From the NCBI GenBank assembly GCA_963750165.1, contig CAVVPN010000003.1:2848001-2912000 (forward strand): a stretch of 64,000 nt of DNA, written 5' to 3'. Source of the DNA: an uncultured Gemmataceae bacterium. GTDB taxonomy: Bacteria > Planctomycetota > Planctomycetia > Gemmatales > Gemmataceae. Numbering within the stretch: position 1 is the stretch's first letter; every line of letters begins with the position of its first letter. The notes below the pieces were generated by a model. That model had not been told where the DNA came from and made no database searches. It was given only the letters and a program-made list of their open reading frames with translations. Below, piece after piece: positions 42,391-50,399 of the stretch. A program made the position numbers and the translations under genes.

Positions 42391-43870
42391 CGACCACGTG
42401 CGTCATGCCCACCGCCAGCGGCCGGCCGTCCTCATAGGTCGAGCGATCCGCGACGGCCGCCGGGTCGAAGACGATCACGTCCGCCGCCATACCCGGTCGC
42501 AGCAGACCGCGGTCGCGCAGTCTGAAGCGCTGCGCCGCGTGCGCCGCCAGATGCTGCACCGCTTCCTCCAGCGTCCACGTCGGCTCGTCACGGACGTAGT
42601 GGCCCAGGTAGCGCGCAAAACAACCGCAGCCGCGCGGGTGCGGCCGGCTGCCGGTGTAGATGCCGTCGCTGCCCGCCATCATCGCCGGGTGCCGCATCAG
42701 CTGCCGCACATCCTCGCCAGAGCGCTGCCGGTGCGCGGCGATGCAGCCGACCGCCAGCTGCGACGCCAGCAGCACGTCACAGACAAAATCGCCCACGCCG
42801 ACGCCCAGTTCCTGTGCCGCCTCCGCCAGCGACTGGCCCTCGTGACGGCGATACGCCTCCGCCGCGACGTAGGTGAGCCGCACGCCGTCGATGGGGCCGC
42901 GCGTCGGCTGGGCGAACCAGTCGGTGAGGCGCTGCCGCTGGCTCGGGTCCGCCAGGCGGCGCAGCGTCGGCTCGGGGCCGCCCTCCTGAATCCACGGCGG
43001 CAGCGCGATCATCGCCAAAATGGTGCTGCCGGCCAGGTAGCAATAGAGGTCGTAGGTCGTTTCGATGCCTTCCCGCCGCGCCGCATCAACGCGCGGCAGC
43101 ACCAGCTCAGCCCGGCTGTTGAAGTGCGACACGTGAACCGGCACCTGCGCCTCGCGGCCGATGTGGAACACCTCATCCAGCGCGGCGTGGACGCCGTCCG
43201 GGGCGTAGCTGCGCATGTGCGTCACGTAAACGCCGCCCACGTCCGCCATCTCACGGCACAGGGCCGTCAACTCGTCGGTGCCGGCGTAGCGGCTGGGGAT
43301 GTAATCCAGGCCGCTCGACAGGCCGACCGCCCCCTCGTCCAGGCCCTGCCGCAACAGCCGGCCCATCCGCTTCAGCTCGTCGGCGGTCGGCGGCCGCGTC
43401 TCCAGGCCCATCACCTCCATGCGCAGGTTGCCGTTGGGCACCAGCATGGCCACGTTGACCGCACATTGCCGATCAAAAATAGCCAGATACTCCGCAATGC
43501 TCGACCAGCGTTTCGTCACCGGCGGCTGACCGCTGAAGCCGGCCGTGTAGCGGCGCATGTAATCGAGTGTGGCCGGCGATGCCGGGGCCATCGCCACGCC
43601 ATCCTGGCCGAGCAGGTAGGTGGTGACGCCCTGGCGGATGGCCGGTTCATGCAGCGGATCGGCGAGCAGCGCAAGGTCACCGTGAACGTGGGCGTCAATG
43701 AAGCCGGGCGCGATCACCTGGCCGGCGGCGTCGAGGCGGTGTTTGGCCTCGACGCTGCCGAGCGGGCCGACGGCCGTGATGCGGTCGCCGCGGATGCCGA
43801 CATCGGCGCGCACCCAGGGGGTGCCGGTACCGTCGATGACGCGGCCGTTGTGGATCAGCAGATCAAACAT
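42317..43870 (-). CDS. N-acyl-D-amino-acid deacylase family amidohydrolase
   Basis: NGRVIDGTG; PGFIDAHVH; GLSSGLDY; HMRS; GSDG...PHPRG; GMAADVIVFD. Confidence 0.9.
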   Translation of the reverse strand: MFDLLIHNGRVIDGTGTPWVRADVGIRGDRITAVGPLGSVEAKHRLDAAGQVIAPGFIDAHVHGDLALLADPLHEPAIRQGVTTYLLGQDGVAMAPASPATLDYMRRYTAGFSGQPPVTKRWSSIAEYLAIFDRQCAVNVAMLVPNGNLRMEVMGLETRPPTADELKRMGRLLRQGLDEGAVGLSSGLDYIPSRYAGTDELTALCREMADVGGVYVTHMRSYAPDGVHAALDEVFHIGREAQVPVHVSHFNSRAELVLPRVDAARREGIETTYDLYCYLAGSTILAMIALPPWIQEGGPEPTLRRLADPSQRQRLTDWFAQPTRGPIDGVRLTYVAAEAYRRHEGQSLAEAAQELGVGVGDFVCDVLLASQLAVGCIAAHRQRSGEDVRQLMRHPAMMAGSDGIYTGSRPHPRGCGCFARYLGHYVRDEPTWTLEEAVQHLAAHAAQRFRLRDRGLLRPGMAADVIVFDPAAVADRSTYEDGRPLAVGMTHVVVNGVPVLEDGRRTAALPGRALRRG

Positions 43871-43976
43871 GGCCTGGCTCCTTGGGGGGCGTGCGGTCCT
43901 ATCATATCGTGGTGCAGGCGGCTCGCCTGCATTCCGGTTCCGCAGGCGCGCCGCCTGCACCACGATGAGGTCGGTC

Positions 43977-44423
43977 ATGGGCAAGGCCCGCAAGAAATAC
44001 TGTTACGAATATCCGCGGCCGGCGGTGACGGTGGACATGGTGCTGGCGACGCGCACGTTGCCGCGGCGGGTGCTGCTGATCCGCCGCAAGCACGACCCGT
44101 TCGCCGGCAAGTGGGCGCTGCCGGGCGGCTTCGTCGATGAGAATGAAGATCTCGACGCGGCGGCGCGGCGCGAGCTGCGCGAGGAGACGGGGTTGGAACA
44201 GGTGGCGCTGGAGCAGTTGCATACGTTCGGGACGCCGGGCCGCGACCCGCGCGGCCACACGGTCAGCGTCGTGTACCTGGCGGAGGTGGACGCGGACCAG
44301 GTGCAGCCGCAAGCGGCGGACGACGCGGCGGCGGTGGCGTGGCACGCGCTGGACCAGCTGCCGCCGCTGGCGTTCGACCACGCGGACATCCTGGCGCTGG
44401 CGCGGCGGCGGCTGGTGGAGTAG
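43977..44423 (+). CDS. NUDIX hydrolase
   Basis: WALPGGFVDENEDLDAAARRELREETGL Nudix box; RDPRG; LAFDH. Confidence 0.92.
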   Translation: MGKARKKYCYEYPRPAVTVDMVLATRTLPRRVLLIRRKHDPFAGKWALPGGFVDENEDLDAAARRELREETGLEQVALEQLHTFGTPGRDPRGHTVSVVYLAEVDADQVQPQAADDAAAVAWHALDQLPPLAFDHADILALARRRLVE

Positions 44424-44465
44424 AATGGGGCGGTTGATCGGCGGCCCTGTTCAGGAGACACGCTC

Positions 44466-44804
44466 ATGCCAATCCACGACTGGGCAAGGGTCGATGCCAA
44501 CCTGTGCCACGACTTCCATCAAGCCTGGACCATCGGCATCTGCAATGCCCTGAATGGCGGTCTGCTGCCCAGGAACTTTTCCGCACTCGTCGAACCGCAC
44601 GCAATCGAAGCCGTGTCGGACAGCCAACAAGCAATTTTGGCCGCTCGCGGCAACCGCATCACCCTCCGGCACGCGCTCAACCGATCACCCTGGCCGCCTA
44701 CGTCGCGCGCGGCGGCCCCTTGCCCGACGAACCGCCCGAGTAGAATGGCCAGCACCCGTTCCATCGAAAGCGGATACCGGCCGCCCCGAATAGCTCTGGG
44801 GTAG
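44466..44804 (+). pseudogene. internally deleted DUF4058-like gene remnant
   Basis: MPIHDWARVDA..HDFHQAW N-terminus and GNRITLRH, then jumps to a C-terminal-type PITLAAYVA in another frame; the central nuclease part appears missing. Confidence 0.6.
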
Positions 44805-44878
44805 CCAACGTCTATCTCCTTGACTAATATATCCTCACGAAAACCGCCTCGGCCCACTACCCGCCAGGAGCACCACCC

Positions 44879-45544
44879 ATGACACGGCACGTTCTCCTTG
44901 GTAGCACCGCGCTGGTCGTGTTGTTCACAACCGTCACTCTGACGGAAGCGGTTCAACGAGTTCGCTTTGGACCGCGACCCAGGCTCACCATCGTGAGTGG
45001 GGGAGTGGTTCACGCGGAATATTATTGGCCAGAGCAAGGAGCCGCCAAGGTGCCGCCGGTCCTCAACTTCAAAATGACCAGCCTCGACGGCAAGACCACG
45101 GACCTGGCCCAGTACAAGGGCAAGGTCGTCCTGTTCGTCAATGTCGCCAGCGAGTGCGGCTACACACCGCAATACAAGTCGCTGCAGGCGCTGTACGCGA
45201 AGTACGGCAAGGACGGCCTGGTCATCGTCGGCGTGCCGAGCAACGACTTCGGCGCCCAGGAGCCCGGCACCAACGCCCAGATCGCCGCGTTCTGCAAGCA
45301 GGAATACGGCGTCACCTTCCCGATGCTGGCCAAGGTGGTCGTCAAGGGCAACGGCCAGACGCCGCTGTATAAATTCCTGACCGAGAAGGACAGCAACCCC
45401 AAATTCGCCGGCCCGGTGCGCTGGAACTTCGAGAAATTCCTGATCGGCCGCGATGGCGCCGTCATCGGCCGCTTCGCCTCCGACGTGGACCCGGATTCGG
45501 CGGATTTTCAGAAGGCCATCCGGGACGCCCTGCAACAGAAGTAA
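44879..45544 (+). CDS. glutathione peroxidase family protein (Cys type)
   Basis: NVASECGYTPQY; PSNDFGAQEPG; WNFEKFL; start uncertain. Confidence 0.92.
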   Translation: MTRHVLLGSTALVVLFTTVTLTEAVQRVRFGPRPRLTIVSGGVVHAEYYWPEQGAAKVPPVLNFKMTSLDGKTTDLAQYKGKVVLFVNVASECGYTPQYKSLQALYAKYGKDGLVIVGVPSNDFGAQEPGTNAQIAAFCKQEYGVTFPMLAKVVVKGNGQTPLYKFLTEKDSNPKFAGPVRWNFEKFLIGRDGAVIGRFASDVDPDSADFQKAIRDALQQK

Positions 45545-45624
45545 CCGCCCGGCTTTCCCCGTGTTCGCAACAGAGGGTGAGGCGCGTGCCTCACGGTTTC
45601 GCGATTGTTTCCAAGGAGAAGTCC

Positions 45625-46227
45625 ATGGTTCGTTACGCGATGGCGACCCTGCTCGGTGGCGTGCTGCTCGCGGGCCTGGCCCCGGTCAGCGGCCAGACCG
45701 CCAAGCTCAAGATCGGTGCCGCCGCCCCCAACTTCAGCAACCTGCCCGGCGTGGACGGCAAGGCGCATTCGCTGGCCGATTTCAAGGGCAAGGACGTGGT
45801 GGTGATCGCCATCACCTGCAACCACTGCCCGGTGGCGGTGGCCTACGAGGACCGCATCATCGCCTTCGCCAAGAAGTACGCGGGGACGGGCAGCAAGGTC
45901 GGCTTCGTGGCCATCAACGTCAACAACCTGGAAGCGGACAAGCTCGACAAGATGCAGATCCGCGCCAAGGAGAAGGGCTTCAACTTCCCGTACCTGTATG
46001 ACGCCAGCCAGCAGGTCGGCAAGGCCCTGAACGCCTCGGTCACGCCTGAGTTCTACGTCTTCGACAAGAACCGCAAGCTGGTCTACTGGGGCTCGATGGA
46101 CAACAAAATGACCAACCCCACGACCAACTACCTCGAGCCCGCCGTCGCGGCCGCGCTGGCCGGCAAGACTCCGACCACGCAGACCACCAAGGCGTTCGGC
46201 TGCTCCGTCAAGTACGACTCGAAGTAA
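45625..46227 (+). CDS. exported thioredoxin/redoxin family protein
   Basis: AAGGAG RBS; signal peptide; CNHCP; FPYLYD; GCSVK. Confidence 0.88.
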   Translation: MVRYAMATLLGGVLLAGLAPVSGQTAKLKIGAAAPNFSNLPGVDGKAHSLADFKGKDVVVIAITCNHCPVAVAYEDRIIAFAKKYAGTGSKVGFVAINVNNLEADKLDKMQIRAKEKGFNFPYLYDASQQVGKALNASVTPEFYVFDKNRKLVYWGSMDNKMTNPTTNYLEPAVAAALAGKTPTTQTTKAFGCSVKYDSK

Positions 46228-46350
46228 CCCTTCGCGAACCCATCTCCGCCCGGCCGCTTTTTCGTGGGGCAGACATTCCTCTCTGCCGGTGACCTGGCAG
46301 ACAGGAATGTCTGCCCCACGAGAGCAGCGGCCCTTCCTCGGAGGAATCCC

Positions 46351-46896
46351 GTGCGTGTCCTCTTTCACCCCGCCGTGTGCGCCCTGGCTCTGGTCGCCGG
46401 CCTGATGGCCCTGGTGTTTGGCTGCACCGCCGATCCGCAGGGTGACAGCAAACGCGAGATCAAACTGGACGCGGTCAAGGTCAAGGCGTTTGAAAAGGCG
46501 CTCCAGGCGCACAAGGGCAAGGTCGTCGTGCTCGATGTCTGGGCGGATTTCTGCATCCCCTGCAAGGAGGAGTTCCCCAATCTGGTCCGGCTGCACCAGC
46601 AATACGGCAAGGACGGCCTGGTGTGCATATCCATTTCGGTGGACGAACCCGAGGGCCACGCCGGGGCGCTCAAGTTCCTGAAGAAGGTGAAGGCGACGTT
46701 CCCCAATTACCGGTTTGACTTCCAGGAAAACGCGGAGTGGCAGGACCACTTCAACATCAAGGGGCCGCCGGCGGTGTTCGTGTACGGCCGCGACGGCAAG
46801 CTCGCGGCCCGCTTCGATCACAACGACGTGGACAAGACCTTCACCTACAAGGACGTGGAAAATACGGTGAAAAAACTGCTCCCTGCGGGGAAATGA
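46351..46896 (+). CDS. TlpA-like disulfide reductase (lipoprotein)
   Basis: GGAGG RBS; lipobox-like VFGC; WADFCIPC. Confidence 0.85.
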   Translation: MRVLFHPAVCALALVAGLMALVFGCTADPQGDSKREIKLDAVKVKAFEKALQAHKGKVVVLDVWADFCIPCKEEFPNLVRLHQQYGKDGLVCISISVDEPEGHAGALKFLKKVKATFPNYRFDFQENAEWQDHFNIKGPPAVFVYGRDGKLAARFDHNDVDKTFTYKDVENTVKKLLPAGK

Positions 46897-46935
46897 CAGG
46901 CGTTCCATTGGCTTCGATTGAAGGAGATCCGTTCG

Positions 46936-47493
46936 ATGAAATGTACGCACCTGTTCGCGGCGGCGGTTCTAGGGCTGGCGGTGGCGGTCGGCAGCACGCT
47001 GGCGGGCGGTCAGCTGAAGAGCGGCCCGCAGGTCGGCGAACTGCTGCCCGGCCCGTTCGAGCCGTTCAACGTGACCGGCGACAAGGCCGGCCAGAAGAAT
47101 TGCCTGTATTGCCAGCACGGCCCGGCGCCAGTGGCCATGATCTTCGCCCGCTCCACCAGTACGCCGCTGACCGCCCTCATCAAGAAGATCGACGCCGCCA
47201 CGGCCGCCAACGCCAAGGCCGAGATGGGCAGCTTCGTCGTTTTCCTGAGCGACAAGGCTGATCTCGCCGTGCAGCTCAAGAGCCTGGCCGCGAAGAACAG
47301 CATCAAGCACACCACCCTGGCGATTGACAACCCGCCCGGCCCCGACGGCTACAACGTCGCCAGGGAGGCCGACGTGACCGTGGTGCTGTATCGCAACGCC
47401 AAGGTTGTCTCGAACTACACCTTCCGCGCCGGCCAGCTCAACGAGCAGGCGATCGAGCGCATTCTCAAGGACATTCCGAAACTCGTGAAGTAA
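46936..47493 (+). CDS. exported thioredoxin-like hypothetical protein
   Basis: AAGGAG RBS; signal peptide; CLYC. Confidence 0.65.
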   Translation: MKCTHLFAAAVLGLAVAVGSTLAGGQLKSGPQVGELLPGPFEPFNVTGDKAGQKNCLYCQHGPAPVAMIFARSTSTPLTALIKKIDAATAANAKAEMGSFVVFLSDKADLAVQLKSLAAKNSIKHTTLAIDNPPGPDGYNVAREADVTVVLYRNAKVVSNYTFRAGQLNEQAIERILKDIPKLVK

Positions 47494-47585
47494 GGGCGTC
47501 GGCCCCATCCGCCTTCATTTATGGTTTCGCGCTCATGAGCGCGAAACCATAAATGGGGTTCTAACGGGTTGCGGCGAGGTGAGAC

Positions 47586-48359
47586 ATGGATGTCTTCTGC
47601 GTCGGCATGTACCGTGCCGGCTCCACGTGGCAGTACGACGTGGCCAGCCAGCTGCTCGAACGCCACCGCGCCGCCCAGCGCCTCGGCTTTGTGACCGGCG
47701 ACCATTACTCGCCCCCATCCGATCCCGCGCCGGCCTGGCGCATCCTCAAAGCCCACGATGCACACCCCGCCTTCTCCGACATGTTGCAACGCCGGCAGGC
47801 GCTGGCCCTGTACTGCTACCGTGACCTGCGCGACGTGTGTTTTTCGCTGATGCACAAGTTCGGCGCCAGCTTCGCGGAGGTGGTCGAACGGCGACGATTG
47901 TTGCACCTGTGCCTGGACAACGACGCCTTCTGGCGAGCGCAGCCGGGCGTCCTGTGCCAGCGCTACGAAGCGCTTACGACGGACCCGGCTGCGGCGGCGG
48001 CGGAGATCGCGGCGCAGCTGGGTGTCGCGCTGGCGGCCGGTGAGGCGACGGCAGTGGCGGAGGAGTATTCGTTGACGGCGAACCAGTGGCGGGCCATCGA
48101 GCTGGCGAATCGGCTGCGCGAGCAGGGCGTGGACCTGGCGGACCCGGCGAACGCGAACCGCTGGGACGCGCGTACGCTGCTGCACTGGAACCACATCCGC
48201 AGCGGCCGCGTCGGTGACTGGCGGCGGCAGGCGACGCGGCGGCAGCTGACCCGGTTGGCGGAGATTTGTGGGCCGTGGCTGATCGCGAACGGCTACGCGC
48301 GCGACGGGCAGTGGGCACAACCAGGCTGGCGGGACCGGCTCAAGCGCTTGCTGGGGTGA
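47586..48359 (+). CDS. sulfotransferase-domain protein
   Basis: GMYRAGSTW (PAPS-binding loop); KAH; YRDLRDVCFS; RYE. Confidence 0.7.
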   Translation: MDVFCVGMYRAGSTWQYDVASQLLERHRAAQRLGFVTGDHYSPPSDPAPAWRILKAHDAHPAFSDMLQRRQALALYCYRDLRDVCFSLMHKFGASFAEVVERRRLLHLCLDNDAFWRAQPGVLCQRYEALTTDPAAAAAEIAAQLGVALAAGEATAVAEEYSLTANQWRAIELANRLREQGVDLADPANANRWDARTLLHWNHIRSGRVGDWRRQATRRQLTRLAEICGPWLIANGYARDGQWAQPGWRDRLKRLLG

Positions 48360-48363
48360 GGAT

Positions 48364-48457
48364 CGGAGGGGATTCACCACAAAGACACAAAGGGCACAAA
48401 GAAAACAATTTTGTCTTCCTTTGTGCCCTTTGTGTCTTTGTGGTGAATCCCCTCCGA
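48364..48457. repeat. REP-like inverted repeat with 9-bp subrepeats
   Basis: GATTCACCACAAAGACACAAAGGGCACAAAG / CTTTGTGCCCTTTGTGTCTTTGTGGTGAATC. Confidence 0.85.
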
Positions 48458-49201
48458 TTAGCGCGTGACGTAGTAGTACACCTGTGCCCCGGTCGGCAGC
48501 GCGTACTCCGGCTCCTGGATGGCCCGGGGGTCGTCGGCCGCGAGCAGGCGCAGCACCCCGCGGTCGTGCAGCAGTCGCAGTCCCGCATGGAAGTCCGGGA
48601 TGCTCAGCCCCGGCTGCTTTTCGGTGACGGCCCGGAACAATTCCGGCAGCGAGCAGTGGTTAATGACGCCGGTTTCGCGGCGGCGTTCGAGGTAGCCAAC
48701 AACCTCCTGGCCCCACGGCACCTGAGCGGCGGCGTCTTCCGGCAATGTCGGCTGCGTGGCGTCATGGCGGCGCAGCGACTCCAGCACGCGCTGGCTCAGC
48801 ACTTCCAGCCGATGGGTGACCGCCTGAACCTCGTCGGTGAGCCGCTGGCCGAGGGCGTTGAGTTCCTGGCGAATCCCCTGCATCCAGACGGGGATGCCCT
48901 CCTCGGTCATCTTGAGCACGGCCCGCAGCTCGTCCATGGCCCGCGCGGGCGACTCCTGTTCGTGAATGAAATCGACGCCCTTGTTGGTGACGCGCGCGAA
49001 CTCGATGAGGGTTTTGCCCCTCATATCTGAGCGGACCTCAATGAGGCCCTCCTTGAGCGCCCGGGCGACCGCCTCGGCGTTCAGGCCGAGCCGGCTGGCG
49101 AAGATGCCGGGGATTTTTCCGCTCCGGTACAGGCGCTGTTCGCCCGGCTGTGCCAGGGCGTCCTTGAGCGCGTCCAGCAACACCTGGGTCACCTTGTCCA
49201 T
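48458..49201 (-). CDS. hypothetical protein
   Basis: ATG 49201; coding-like composition; possible C-terminal winged helix. Confidence 0.7.
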   Translation of the reverse strand: MDKVTQVLLDALKDALAQPGEQRLYRSGKIPGIFASRLGLNAEAVARALKEGLIEVRSDMRGKTLIEFARVTNKGVDFIHEQESPARAMDELRAVLKMTEEGIPVWMQGIRQELNALGQRLTDEVQAVTHRLEVLSQRVLESLRRHDATQPTLPEDAAAQVPWGQEVVGYLERRRETGVINHCSLPELFRAVTEKQPGLSIPDFHAGLRLLHDRGVLRLLAADDPRAIQEPEYALPTGAQVYYYVTR

Positions 49202-49295
49202 GAGGGTTCGCCCGTCCGCCGTGGCCAGCCGTTCCTGGTCAGTGTACAGTGAAGAATGAACCAGGGCAGCGGTTTTTATCGCGCAGGCGAGCACC

Positions 49296-50288
49296 ATGCA
49301 ACCCCAACAACCGAAACGCTATCTCAGTGGCGTGCAGCCCTCCGGCAAGCTGCACCTCGGCAACTACTTCGGAGCCGTCAAGCAGCACATCGCGCTGCAG
49401 GACGAGGGCAACTGCTTTTATTTCGTGGCCGACTACCACGCGCTGACGACGGTGCAGGACTCGAAACGGCTGGAGGAACTGGTCCACGACGCCGCGCTGG
49501 ACTACCTTGCCCTCGGCCTCGACCCGGACAGGGCGAGCTTCTTCCGCCAGTCGGACGTGCCGGAGGTGTGTGAGCTGACGTGGATCCTCTCGACCGTGAC
49601 CGGCATGGGCCTGATGGAGCGGGCCGTCTCGTACAAGGAGAAGGTCGAGAAGGGCATCGAGGCCAGCGTCGGGCTGTTCACGTATCCGATCCTGATGGCC
49701 GCGGACATCCTGATTTACCGTTCGCATGTGGTGCCGGTCGGTCAGGACCAGGTGCAGCACCTGGAGATGACGCGCGACATCGCGGCCCGCTTCAACCGCA
49801 CCTACAAGGAAATTTTCCCGCTGCCGAGCCCGCGTCTGGATAAGCACGCCAAGGTGCCGGGCACCGATGGCCAGAAGATGAGCAAATCGTACGGCAACAC
49901 CATCGACATCTTCGCGGAGGGCAAGTCGCTGGAGAAGACGGTGATGGCGATCCAGACCGATAGCACACCGCTGGGGCAGCCGCTGGACCCGACCACCTGC
50001 AACGTCTTCGCGCTGTACAGTCTGTTCGCCACGGAGGACGAGAAGGCGGCGTTGGCGGCGGACTACCGTGGCGGCAAGATCGGCTACGGCGGGGCCAAGA
50101 AATTGTTGCTGACGAAGATTAACGAGTATTTCGGCCCATTCCGCGAGCGCCGCAAGCAACTGGCCGCGGATCGAGAGTACGTCGAGGACGTGCTGCACCG
50201 CGGTGCGAAGCGGGCGCGCGACGAGGCCCGGCAGACGATGGAACTGGTGCGCTCGGCAGTGGGCATGAAGCCGCGGCCGGTCGCGTAA
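49296..50288 (+). CDS. trpS: tryptophanyl-tRNA synthetase
   Basis: SGVQPSGKLHLGNY; YPILMAADIL; VPVGQDQ; KMSKS. Confidence 0.97.
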   Translation: MQPQQPKRYLSGVQPSGKLHLGNYFGAVKQHIALQDEGNCFYFVADYHALTTVQDSKRLEELVHDAALDYLALGLDPDRASFFRQSDVPEVCELTWILSTVTGMGLMERAVSYKEKVEKGIEASVGLFTYPILMAADILIYRSHVVPVGQDQVQHLEMTRDIAARFNRTYKEIFPLPSPRLDKHAKVPGTDGQKMSKSYGNTIDIFAEGKSLEKTVMAIQTDSTPLGQPLDPTTCNVFALYSLFATEDEKAALAADYRGGKIGYGGAKKLLLTKINEYFGPFRERRKQLAADREYVEDVLHRGAKRARDEARQTMELVRSAVGMKPRPVA

Positions 50289-50297
50289 AAAAGATCG

Positions 50298-50378
50298 ATC
50301 CACAGATGACACAGATAACCCAGATAAAAACAAGTAATTCTTTTGTTTTTATCTGGGTTATCTGTGTTATCTGTGGAT
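50298..50378. repeat. REP-like inverted repeat with 9-bp subrepeats
   Basis: ATCCACAGATGACACAGATAACCCAGAT / ATCTGGGTTATCTGTGTTATCTGTGGAT. Confidence 0.85.
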
Positions 50379-50399
50379 CTCTTTCTCTTGTGACTGCCC

